Assembly (NCBI RefSeq): GCF_018350175.1
Contig: NC_058373.1
Coordinates: 117,988,001-118,052,000 of the forward strand
Direction of reading: 5' to 3'
DNA length: 64,000 nucleotides
Source of the DNA: Felis catus
Lineage: Eukaryota
Part shown: in pieces, positions 35,801-46,378 of the stretch
Position numbering within the stretch: position 1 is the stretch's first letter
Layout of the letters: every line of letters begins with the position of its first letter
Translations under genes and position numbers: made by a program
The notes under the pieces: model-generated
The model's input: only the letters and a program-made list of their open reading frames with translations
What the model was told of the DNA's origin: nothing
The model's database searches: none

Positions 35801-38429
35801 CTGGGAGAGGGGTGCGAGACAGGCCTTCTGTTCTGGAAGGCACACCCCTCCCAGCCTTAGAGGAGGAGGTACCAACCAGTGCCTTTTTCCATAGGCTCCT
35901 TTGCTGTTTAATGGCTGTCGTTCTGGGGAGATCTTTGCCATTGATCTGCGTTGTCGAAATCAGGGCAAGGGCTGGAAGGCCACCCGCCTGTTCCACGACT
36001 CAGCAGTGACCTCTGTGCAGATCCTCCAAGAAGAGCAAAACCTGATGGCATCTGACATGGCGGGAACGGTAGGGTAGCACTGACTCTTTCGGGCCACTGC
36101 AGCCACTGGCCCAGAGTTCTGCCAGATGAAGGGCTCTTCAGAAGAGACCCTCATGCAAGACAGTAGCAAGGGAAAGGCAGTTGTGGGCTGTGCAGAGGTG
36201 GGAGCCCAGCCCGATCTAGACAGACACAAAACTGGTTTTGATGCTTTTGAAACTTAAGATTTTCCTAACCTGGAGAGGTGTTTGGACACCACCTTGTCCT
36301 CCCTGGCTTCCGCGCCTACGTTCGCTAGTGTGCCTGCCAGACTCTTTCTGATGGCCCCTTGTGCTTTCCACAGATCAAGCTGTGGGACCTGAGAACCACT
36401 AAGTGTATAAGGCAATATGAAGGTCACGTGAACGAGTACGCCTACCTGCCCCTGCACGTGCATGAGGAAGAAGGCATCGTGGTAGCAGGTACCTAGGGAG
36501 GGGGAGAGATTCTGTCCTGTCAAGTAAAACGGCAGAGGGGGAAATTACTCGAAATCTGAACTGAATACTTGGGACTGTGGACTCCTGAGGTCAGGGGGAC
36601 CAGATGGGACGTAGAGTAGGACATGAGTAAGCAGCAGTTAAACATCCACCAGTTGGACAGCCCTTTGTCCCCATGTTAGTGGGACAACATCACCTCAGTA
36701 ACAGGCAGGTTGGGTGCAATAAAATATAGCAGCTCGGGAGACCTGGGTGTCCACCTGGTCAGCATTCAGTGGGACCCTTAGCCCATCCTGTTGAAAAGCT
36801 TGGGCTCCCTGTTCTTTGAGCTCACTTTCTAGCAGAGGATGCTGAGAAAAGAAATTAAGGTCATTGTAACAGCACTGGTTCCTGGTCCCCTTAACACAGT
36901 CCATGGGGATCCATGATCTGCAGAACAGGAGCTGAAATGTCTAGCCGCTGCTTTGAAAGGAGCTACAGACTGATCACAGGTTTTGAGTTTATGGGCTACA
37001 AAATGTTCTGATAGCATGAAAGCTCAGTGGTTTGACAAATTAAATAGTAGGCCCTTGACAGAAGGAATATGTTCTTGGTCTTGACAAGTCCTCGCATTTG
37101 CAAATAGGCCTACAGAATGTACTTGTTTCCCACGCCCAAGAAGCGTCACTTGGTTAAGACTTTCTCAGGCTGATTTACTACTCTCACCGCCAGCAGCAGT
37201 TAGCTTCCTGCTTAGGCCTAGTTTCCATAAGTTTTCATCTAAGAAGAACTTCTGTGTTCTGGATAATATAAAAGAGAGAAGCCCCGTTGAGAGGCAGACC
37301 TGGGTATGTGGGCTAGCTGCAGTAATCGGTGAACTGCGCGGCCTGAATCCATCCACAGCCGAGGGAGTGCACGGTCTCGGCTGACCACAGGCACAGATGT
37401 GAAATCCGGGAAACCCTAAGGTCTGCCCTCCTTTCCTCGGAAGCTCTCCAGTAGTGTAGACCGCGTCTGGCCTGCCGCAGCCAGTGGTTGTTAGGTGCCA
37501 CATCCCTCACAGCTCTGGGCCCTAAAGACTTACGTGGTCTGACACACTGAGCCATCGAACCAGAAACAGCACGGGGCACCTGGGTGGCTCAGTCAGTTGA
37601 GCCTCCGACTCTTGGTTTTGGCTCAGGTCACGAGCTCACAGTTTTAAGAGCTTGAGCCCCACATCCACGCTGCCGGCAAGGAGCCCGCTTGGGATTCTCT
37701 GCCCCTCTCTCTCCACCCCTCCCCTACTCACGCCCTCTCAAAATAAACTTTAAAAAAAGATTTTTTTTTTTTTTTGAATGTTTAAAAAAATTTCTTTAAA
37801 CTAGAAAAAGCTCTGGGGAGCGTCATCACCTGATTTGTCCCCGGGATGCGTTAAAGTGAAGAGGTCTTCCTGGTCACTATTTCACAAACAGGAAATCCGT
37901 TGCAGTCACCCTCTTGAACAGCCCTTGACAAGAGAAGCAGAGCGCCCACCTGTTAGCCGACATGCCTGGGGCACCATCCAAGGCGTCGCCAGCCGACGCA
38001 TCTGGTCGCTTGGAATACCTGCAACTGGTGGTGCTTCTAGAGCACAGGAAGACCTGGAACTTTGATTTTCGAGAAGTACATGTTATCGGCAGAAATAGTT
38101 TCCATTTGCATTTGTGCTTTGGCTCCCGTGGAGTCCTTTTTAGCCTTAGGAATTGCGAGAAGCCATGTCCACATGTATACACGTTCTCCTGTGCATCCTC
38201 TCACTAACCTGCTGTGTATCTTCCCTCTTTCTTAGTGGGCCAGGACTGCTACACGAGAATCTGGAGCTTCCATGATGCCTGCCTGCTGAGAACCATACCT
38301 TCCCCACACCCCACCTCCAAGTCTGACATCCCCAGTGTGGCCTTCTCGTCTCGGCTCGGGGGCTTCCGGGGAGCCCCAGGGTTGCTCATGGCCGTCCAGC
38401 AGGACCTTTACTGTTTCTCCTACAGCTAA
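20021..38429 (+). CDS. DCAF4: DDB1- and CUL4-associated factor 4 (WDR21A), complete spliced CDS join(20021..20109,22269..22372,22798..22955,23653..23735,24987..25089,27618..27761,28722..28771,33008..33087,34362..34457,34570..34667,35895..36068,36374..36488,38236..38429), 1488 nt, 495 aa
   Basis: All 13 exons join in consistent phase with no internal stop. Peptides such as [60 protein letters not shown] and [11 protein letters not shown] match mammalian DCAF4 as recalled. Confidence 0.96.
22269..22372 (+). CDS. DCAF4: DCAF4 exon 3 ([34 protein letters not shown])
   Basis: caacAG acceptor, G|GTGAGG donor, phase 2 to 1. PSTSSGTAG is conserved. Confidence 0.9.
22798..22955 (+). CDS. DCAF4: DCAF4 exon 4 ([15 protein letters not shown]...EEEDKQKK)
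   Basis: taaAG acceptor, AAG|GTGGGC donor. Lies within ORF 22593..22997. Confidence 0.95.
23653..23735 (+). CDS. DCAF4: DCAF4 exon 5 ([27 protein letters not shown]), DDB1-binding H-box region
   Basis: tttAG acceptor, CG|GTAAGA donor, phase consistent with neighbours. Confidence 0.93.
24987..25089 (+). CDS. DCAF4: DCAF4 exon 6 ([34 protein letters not shown])
   Basis: ctgcAG acceptor, CTG|GTGAGT donor. Confidence 0.95.
26466..27104 (-). mobile_element. Three head-to-tail minus-strand SINEC_Fc copies
   Basis: Units at about 26466-26681, 26689-26895 and 26900-27104, each ending in a ...CCAGG/CCTGGG...CCCC head complement. Confidence 0.9.
27618..27761 (+). CDS. DCAF4: DCAF4 exon 7 ([15 protein letters not shown]...ENLYFTNRK)
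   Basis: ctccAG acceptor, AAG|GTACGT donor, 144 nt. Confidence 0.95.
28722..28771 (+). CDS. DCAF4: DCAF4 exon 8 ([16 protein letters not shown]), followed by a U12-type donor
   Basis: accAG acceptor, CT|GTATCTTT donor. Confidence 0.92.
29027..29243 (+). mobile_element. SINEC_Fc
   Basis: Full consensus. TSD aagatctgtaaaagaa on both sides. Confidence 0.92.
29870..30094 (-). mobile_element. Can-SINE with expanded (GA)n(GT)n
   Basis: Consensus match. TSD ggcactctgt. Confidence 0.9.
32557..32875 (+). mobile_element. Can-SINE with long (CT)n/(CCCT)n expansion (32711-32835)
   Basis: Consensus head followed by about 125 nt of pure pyrimidine tract. Confidence 0.9.
33008..33087 (+). CDS. DCAF4: DCAF4 exon 9 ([26 protein letters not shown])
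   Basis: CCTTAAC branch site then ttctAG; CAG|GTACCG donor. Confidence 0.93.
34362..34457 (+). CDS. DCAF4: DCAF4 exon 10 ([31 protein letters not shown])
   Basis: caacAG acceptor (CAGGAG tandem acceptor), CAG|GTGAGC donor. Confidence 0.92.
34570..34667 (+). CDS. DCAF4: DCAF4 exon 11 ([33 protein letters not shown])
   Basis: atcAG acceptor, ATG|GTTGGT donor. Confidence 0.94.
35216..35435 (+). mobile_element. Young SINEC_Fc with perfect 14-bp TSD
   Basis: Many CpGs retained, long A tail, TSD AAAAGCCTGGAGGA at 35202-35215 and 35436-35449. Confidence 0.95.
35895..36068 (+). CDS. DCAF4: DCAF4 exon 12 ([19 protein letters not shown]...LMASDMAGT), WD40 repeats
   Basis: catAG acceptor, ACG|GTAGGG donor, 174 nt. 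Confidence 0.95.
36374..36488 (+). CDS. DCAF4: DCAF4 exon 13 ([38 protein letters not shown]), contains WDxR motif
   Basis: cacAG acceptor, CAG|GTACCT donor. WDLR is the DCAF signature motif. Confidence 0.95.
37573..37760 (+). mobile_element. Can-SINE
   Basis: Consensus head and tail. Confidence 0.85.
38236..38429 (+). CDS. DCAF4: DCAF4 exon 14 coding part ([11 protein letters not shown]...DLYCFSYS*)
   Basis: cttAG acceptor, TAA stop at 38427-38429. Confidence 0.95.
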
Positions 38430-39279
38430 TTCCACGGGGTGCAACCCAGAGGGATGTGGACTTGACTTATTGGAGTGAGGAGCAGCCATGCCTCTGCCAC
38501 AATTCCTGTTTCCAGTGAGGGCATTTTAAATGGGTGCTCTGTGTACACAGATCCCATCCATCTGGCTGCTGGGAAGAGGTTCTATGTTTTAAGTGGAGAC
38601 ACTTCAGTAAAGTTATTCCAGTTAAGTTGTGAGCTCAGAGAGCTCAGAAGTCCTTTTCATAAAAGGTACTTGTTTCCTGTTGAATTCCTTAGAATAGCCT
38701 GTGCCCCACTCCCCTCTCCTCCGCCCCGGCCCTTTTCAAACAAAAACTCTGCTAAGGGCTGAAGATGGGCAGTAACTGAAGTTTTCTTTCACCAAAAGCC
38801 CTTTCAAGAAGGGTAATGAGATTGGGTGAGACTGTTAGTGTAGTCAGTGCCTGGGTCCCAGAAAGGTGTGCGCCTGGACTGGAGAAAGCTGGGGAGAAGG
38901 GGAAGCGGGGAGTCCTTTCTCTGAGTCTCTCGAGAAAGATTGAAGGCTGGATTGCGGGGGGTGGTCATTAAAAATCCTTCTCAGACTCATTCAACATCAG
39001 TGGCAGATCTTGGATCCCCCTTTTATTACCATTCGTAGGCATTGGGAGAAAAAATGGACCTTTCTAGATGCTAGAGGTTTTAAAGAGGCCCTAGCATGCC
39101 TTTGTTGAGGCACGTCCCAGCATGTTAGGTACCACAGTTCCTATTCCCATTATGGTGATTTGAATGGCAGCTTCATGGGCCTCATCTCAAAGAAAATTGG
39201 TTTTCATTTTTGTAATCTAGGAGAGGCAGTTTGTGAGCTGTTTATACAAAGTTTTCAAGAGCCTGTCTTTCTACCGAAC

Positions 39280-39285
39280 AATAAA
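39280..39285 (+). terminator. DCAF4: DCAF4 polyadenylation signal AATAAA
   Basis: AATAAA about 850 nt after the stop codon, followed by GU-rich sequence (gtgtgtt) about 20 nt downstream. Confidence 0.7.
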
Positions 39286-42059
39286 CCAGAAAGAACGATG
39301 CATAGTGTGTTGCTCTGTCAACGTTTAGAAGATCATGACGCTTGGCCGCTACGGCAACGAGCCAGCGCAGTAACGTCTACTCAGATCTTAGATGAGGAGT
39401 GGAGACCAGCTTCGATGGCTTTGCAAGAGAGCTTTCGTTTTTTGTGCCTGCTTGAGGTGCGTGCCTCAAGAAGCTGGCCCCTATGGGCTACAACAGCAGG
39501 CTCCCCAGCTCCCCTCCTGCTAGGCCGTGGGGGGCTTGGCTGTGTCCCTCCACCCCAGGCCGCAGCCCCTGTTAGAACATAGCTCTGCACGTTCCAGCAG
39601 CTTCTACTTGTCTCTTCAGATCTACTAACTGCACCTCACTGTTGCTAGCCCAGGAACTTCAATTAAACTCTTCAGTTACTCCCTTGAGTGTTAGTTACAT
39701 CTTGTTTCCTGCCAGTACAATTTAATGTACAGAAAACCAAATCTGCCCCCCAAAAAAAGATGAGCATATCAGGTTGGTCATCTGACAGATTGATCTATTT
39801 ACATGCTATATTTAAAAAAATATTTTTAGTGCCTCATATTTTACAAAGATTTCCCCCATCTTACTTGATCCTTAACAACAACACACAAAGGAGTTACAGC
39901 AGTAGTACTAAAAATCATTAGCATCATTTTACAGGTGAAGAGGCCTGCGCGCACAGACCTGTTCAGCGGGAACTGGAACTTAGAACTAGAAGACTTGAGA
40001 CCGTGTTCGGTGCTGCCCACGCACCTGTAGTCCTCGACAGTACTTGCGTATCACGGCTAGTGCTGCCGAGAAATCAGGAAGTGGTGTGGCGCACATGGGG
40101 GCGTGCAGTGCTGATCATTCCCGGTAAATTTTTCTGGCGCTCACCAATGATAAGCTTACTAATTACCAGCATTCTGAAGCGTTTAGTTATTTAGACTTTG
40201 TCCCTGTATCTCTTCAACCCTGGCATACTGACCTGCACTTCGGTCCCAGGAAATTACATACACAGTTGAGTTCAGGTGGCCACCATCACTGTGGGGTCTC
40301 TTGGAGTAACTTTGGTGGTGTGCCCCTGCCCAAGAGCACAACTAAGCATAAATGCTGAGCCATGAACCTAACATGCACTCATATTTTTGTCCCCTCAAGT
40401 TCAAAGTTAAACCGGTTCGTTCATTGCAGGATCTGCAGTTTAAAATCCCTGGTCCTGCTCATCTAATGCAGTTTTCCTCACAGTTCTACATTGTTTCTGT
40501 GGAGCTGAGAGCCCATGGGTGGCTCTTCAACCCAACTTTGATCTCTCCCCAAACAGTGGAGACAATAGGACCCCTCAGGAGAATACCAGGTGAGTTCTGA
40601 CACGTATGGCCCCATCCCTTCTAAACTATTTAACACCTGTTTCATAGCCAAAGTTTCTTGTTGGTCAGTCATTTTAGATTTCCCTTAGGCTTTTTAAAAG
40701 GAAGGGGGTGGTTCTTTAAAACCTCTGATTTCAACTCAGCAAATTGGTTCTTAATCTCTGGTTAGCAGTCACTGCTAATATATTTGGTCTAGATTATATG
40801 AAAAGAGGTCAGACTTAGCTGAGCAGTATTTTGGTCTCTTTGCTTGTGACATAGTATCCCAGAGAGGAGTACATTACATAGTCTCAGTGAAGCATTTTTC
40901 ACTTGCAGGTGTCTTGGGGCATTTTGCCCTGTTCCCAGGTGACAACCAAAAGTAGAGAATGAACAGGTGGTGGGGGCGGCAGCACTGAGCTAGGACGAAC
41001 TCCTACCTACGTGGCCTGGCATTTGCTTGCTTATAGCCTAGCAAACAGAGATGAGCGAACAGTGACCACGAGGGGTGCCTGGGTTGCTCAGTTGGTTGAG
41101 TGTCCTCTTGATTTTGGCTCAGGTCATGATCCCAGGGTGGTAGGACAGCCCCAGGCCGGACTCTGTGCGCTGCAGAGCCTGCTTAAGATGCTCTCTCTCT
41201 CTCAAATACAGATATATTTTTTAATGCCATGAGGTAAATACCTGCTTCACATCCCATCTCGCTGTGCAGCCACCTTTGAATTCAGCTGGCCCAACGTGTT
41301 CTGGAGAGCACAGGCAGCCTGCTTGGTGTCCCCCTAGGAGGGTCCCCAGAAGTGGTCTTTGAGACCAAGTTAGCCACACTTAGTGGTCAGTCCTTGATCT
41401 GTCCTGGTCTGAATCTTCCACAATAAGCCATCTCTGAAGAAAATGGCAGGCTGAATTTCGCCTCCCCCTCCTTTGGTGTATGGTGCCGTGTCTGCCTCTC
41501 CAGGCTGCCCACCGCACGGCCCCTGCTGCGGGAGTGACCTTCCTAGGTCCCTGCATTCAGAGGGACCTCACAATAAAATGGCCTCACAATAAAATGGCCT
41601 CTGGAGACTAAATCATGTGTGCCTTACCCCTTTGGCCCATCTCTGCCTCCCGCCTGCCCTCAGGACACAAATGTTTCAAGATCCACCTTCCCCTGGGCCT
41701 CCAAGCTAGCCGTACTGCCCCTTTCCATCTGTAAAAGTCCCAGTTAAGTCTCAGAAACCTCCAGAAAGCTTAGATTTCCCAGCACTTGCCACAACCAGGC
41801 GCTCATTATACGGAATAAGCAGTTTTTGCCAACATCACTGCCTTTTAATTCTTATAACCCTGTGAAGTAGGTGATGGTCACTCCAATATACTGAAGAAAA
41901 ATAGAAGTGACTTGTTCCAAGTCTTCTAATAAATGACAGAGCCAGCAGGGTCTTGGCTCAAGTCTGAGAATCTACTAGGGCCCTTGTGCTTAAAGGAATG
42001 GGATTTTTACTTTTCCCCTGGAAATTTAAGGTCTTGGGTCCAGTTTGACCTGATTTCCC

Positions 42060-42421
42060 CTTTTAATATTTACTCATTTTTTTTTAAACTTTTAGCATTT
42101 ATTTACTATTGAGAGACAGAGCATAAGCATGGGAGGGGCAGAGAGAGGAGAAGACAGAATCCAAAGGAGGCTCCAGGTTTTGAGCTGTCAGCATAGAGCC
42201 CGTTGCAGGGCTCGAACTCACAACCCACGAGATCATGACCTGAGCTGAAGTCGGATGCTTAACCGACTGAGCCACCCAGGCACCCCTAATATTTACTTAA
42301 TTTGAGAGAGAATCTCACGCAGCGTGGAGCCCAACACAGGGCTTGATACCACGAACCATGAGACTATGACCTGAGCCAAAACCAAGAGTCAGATGCTTAA
42401 CCAAATGAGCCACCCAGGCGA
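42060..42421 (-). mobile_element. Nested Can-SINEs (about 42077-42285 inserted in the tail of a shorter copy)
   Basis: TSD taatatttact on both sides of the inner copy. Confidence 0.8.
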
Positions 42422-44779
42422 CTGACCTAATTTTCCCTTCTGTCCACTTTCCTCAAGACCAGCCGTCTCTGTCCCCTACAAGTGACCTCCGGACTGGTTG
42501 GCCTGCCTCTGCTCGCCTCTCCTGGCTTGTTCCTCCCACCCACCTGCTTGCACTCTTGGCTTCATTTGAGTAGAAGCAGCTACAGCAAGAGCAAAAAGGA
42601 CTTGCTCTACAGAAGCCCAAATCAGAGCAAAGGCACCCAGATGCAAATGCTGCCAATAGCCCAGGGCAGCCAGAACTGAGGTGACATGGTGTCTGGGAAA
42701 TGGAAGGGATGGTCTAGGGATGGAGCCAGAACCTGGAGGGCGATTCAGGCTAGAGTTAAGGATTTGATATGATCAGGATAAAGTGGCAGCTGAAATCATG
42801 GCAGGGGGTGAAGTCACTCAGTATTAACATTATAGATGGACACAGCCCACCAAAGTCCACCAGACCCAGAAAGACATGCTGTCGTCTACAAATGGCAGTT
42901 TCAAAGATGGTGCTGGTCATGAGCATCTCCCTAAATTACACCTTCCCTAACCCTATATACCCCCATACCATCTGCACATCAGTTTTCATAACTTTCCCAG
43001 ATACAAAAAAAAAAAAAAAAAAAAAGTTGCACCAGGTGTAATTTAACGGAAGGTAAGACTCAAATTCTAAAACTAAGTCCATTGGTGATAAAAGCCATGA
43101 TAAATACCATCATGGGTTCAATTCTCTACCCCACCCATTGATGGTAGTTGTGAAATTGAAAATGCAAATATTAAGAAAAACTTAATTTTTCAACAACGGG
43201 GAAGCTTGGCTCCATTGGTACAGGCTAGATCAACTTGCTTAATCTCTAAACCAGTTTCTCTGATTTTTAGTGACAAGGAAGCATTACTCTCCTTTATCAT
43301 GAGAACCTCTGAGGGCCAATGGAAATGATTAAATGTAAAGTTAAGCTCTGATTAAAAAAAAAAAGGTACGTGCTACTATTTTAATTTTAAGGTCACTGTC
43401 TTATCTGGAAATGCAAAAGAATTCGCAGCTCAAGGAGGAGGAAGGAAACTGAAGAGACACTCTCTACATTGCAATGCCAGCAGGATGGGGTGCAGACTCA
43501 GTACGGCAGTTATGAGGCCCGCCTGTGCTCAAACCCCAGCTTCAAGTCTCCTTAGCCAGGCGGCCCTGGGCTTCCGAACGTCTCTGAGCCAGTAGCTTCA
43601 GCTGTAAAACACAAGCACTACCCCCTGCCTTCCAGTACGGTTGTGAGAATATCGACCATATACAGATCCTAGCATAGTCCCTGGCAGATAACTGGCACCT
43701 GTATATTGGAAGTCAAAGGAGCAGAGAGAAACCCAAGGAATGTGTAAGGGTCCCACCGCGTCCCATTGCCTCGGAGACCGCTTGGTTCTCAGCCACAGCT
43801 GAAGCCTTTCATCACAGCTCTCGGAGACAGCTTCCCCAGCCATCTCCTCCGCCTCGGAGCAAGTCCTTCAAGCCAGAAATTTGTTTTTTCTAAGTAACCG
43901 CTATGCCTGACTTGGGGCTCAAACTCACAACTTGAGATCAAGGGTCGCGTGTTCTTCCAATTGAGCCAGCCGGGCACCCCAAACCAGGAATGTATTACAA
44001 GTCTTTATGCAGCCACCCCCTAAAAGAGGGGAACTAATTTGTGCTATCAGATGCCAAGACAGTGGGCTCTCGTGGTGGCAGATATGTTCTGTTTCTTCAT
44101 CTGGGTGCTGGTAAGACCAGAGTGTCATGCCCACAAGAAGGAGGAAGACAGTTGAGGATGGACATGGGAGTGGAACAGAGAAGACCGGGCAGGGGAACGA
44201 AGAGGGAAGTGACAGATAAAAAGGTAGAAGACAGTTTTTCCCCAGAGTTTCCCTAGGTTGATAGCAACACATAGTCTCCTGTGAGAGGACTCCCCGGGAC
44301 TGCAGCCCCACAGCTACGAGTGAACCCTGAGAACCCAAGTCATTAAGCCGCTGCCACTGCCTGGCACGGGTTGGGGCCAGCTGGCCCCACCCGCTGTGGA
44401 AAGCTCTGACGAACAGCCCAAGTACAAGGCAATGGCAGGGCCAGTGAGCCCGTGTGGAGCCCTCGCCACCAGAAAGTTCCAGGAGCGTCAGTTATCCTCT
44501 CTAAAGGAATAGCCACTAAGTTCCCAGTTAGCAAACAGCTGGAGGAAGCCATCTGTCTAAAAACTGGGGGAAAAACAGCCCATTATCATGACATGAAAAC
44601 CCCTATCATGGTTCGTGGTATTTGGCTATGCCTTTAAGTTCTTGTTAAAGTAACAGGCTGAGGTATTAAAGGCCAAACACTACCACTCTAGAAACATGCC
44701 TCTCACTGGCTTCTGCTCTGAAAGCCACCAGCTACTCTCCTATCGACTAGAAAGAGGCAAGATTTACTGATGAAGTTAA

Positions 44780-46145
44780 AGCAAAGAGCACAGTCCATAT
44801 TCAGCAGGAAGATTCCTTTATAATGGCGAATTTGATAATACACAGTACTAGAGTAGGCCCTGAGTCACTGGGCCACAGGAGGCAGGGAGGGAGCAGGTCT
44901 GAGGACCAACACATTCCAGGGCTCACGTCACACTGCACTCATGCCAGGAATGACCACTACGTACCTCCCTGAAGTTCGGCCCACCCACCAGTTCAGTCAA
45001 GAATTACGCCACATTTAATTCTTCGGTTTTGGCCACTGAAGAAAATCCACCATGACGACAGGATTTCGGCACAACAGTCTCTTTCCAGTCATGAGAGATA
45101 TGAATGTCCCGGCTCTTGATAAGAAACAAGTTTGACTTCTCTTGCAAGAACCAAAGAGAATTTTTTTCTTTATTATCCGTCGAGATATTTATATATATTT
45201 AAAACAGTCCATTCGGTGCACTGTTTCCCTGGAAGATTTCTCAAGGTCACCCCTCCAGTAGCTAGAGGGGTCATGTATCAGGGAACAAAGAATTAAGACA
45301 CTTCAAAATAAGCAATAAAAATCCTAGTGCAACACTCAGAAGCAGATGGTGGGCTTGCAGGGTGGAGGGGAAGGAAGCAGGTGCTGTTCAGGGGCAGGGT
45401 GCGGCCTCTGGAAAAAGCCAAGTGGACACAGGAGCATCAATAAGCAGGAAACACTGCTGGGGAAGGCCTGTTTCCTTCTGTGCTCTCCCCCGGTTCTCAG
45501 GGCTGAGGACCCTACCCCTCACCTTCCACCCACTCTGGTGACCTGCACGCTAAGTTGGGTAGTCTCTGACTGAAACAGGCCTAGGCCAGGAATGGGGATC
45601 CAATTCCAGAGGACCCAGGTGGGTTCCTTTCAGGCTATTCCAAGCAAGAGGTACCTGGGAAAAGGCAAGGAAAGGAGACGCTTCAAAGGCTCACAGAGAA
45701 GAAGCAAAAGGTGACTAGTAACACAGTGGCTCTGAACCTGGCTCTGTTGGGGGGGGGGCGGGGGGGGGGACCTGGGGCCACTGCCACCTTATCCCTGTGC
45801 TGGGGACAGACTGTGCTATGTCTTCACAGCCAGCAGCAGCCTGAATACGCCCCACATCCCTTTCATATGGATATACGCACACAGTTGTAGATTTCTTAAC
45901 TGACATAAATGCAACGGATTCAGGTTCATTCCACTTTAAGCTGCTCGGTCCCCCGCCCTGAGGGGTTCACACGTTCGGCCCTGGCCAGGCTCCTCCCTCC
46001 CCCCACAGCAGGATAGTGACCCCGGGATGAGTAGAGGACACACACCATAACAGGTGCCCGGTGGGGAGGGCCTACCTCAATGAGACTTCTGTTTCTAACC
46101 CTGAGAACCTAAGGAATTGTGAAGGACTCGGAGAGGGAGCTGGGG
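44780..46145 (-). other. ZFYVE1: ZFYVE1 3' UTR (end uncertain)
   Basis: Sequence after the stop with no recognised interspersed repeat. Candidate minus-strand polyA signals: AATAAA 45169-45174, ATTAAA 45014-45019, TATAAA near 44817-44822. Confidence 0.6.
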
Positions 46146-46378
46146 TTAAAGGTCACCGGGCTTTTTATTGCAGTTAAAGCAGACTCGGACAGGATGGTCC
46201 CAGCCTCGAGAGGGGACAGCCCGGCGGTCATGGGAACACTCATCACAGAAGCCCTGTCCGCAGGCCCGGCAGTGGTGCTTGGAAAGCTTGATGCTGAACT
46301 CCTTCCGGCAGCTGTGGCAGTGCAGGATCTCGTGGTCAGGCACCCAGTACGCCGGCCTGGCCGCATCCTTCACCAGAC
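46146..46378 (-). CDS. ZFYVE1: ZFYVE1 last exon coding part, FYVE finger 2 (WVPD...SKHHCRACG...RVCFNCNKKPGDL*)
   Basis: cacAG acceptor, TAA stop at 46146-46148. Confidence 0.96.
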
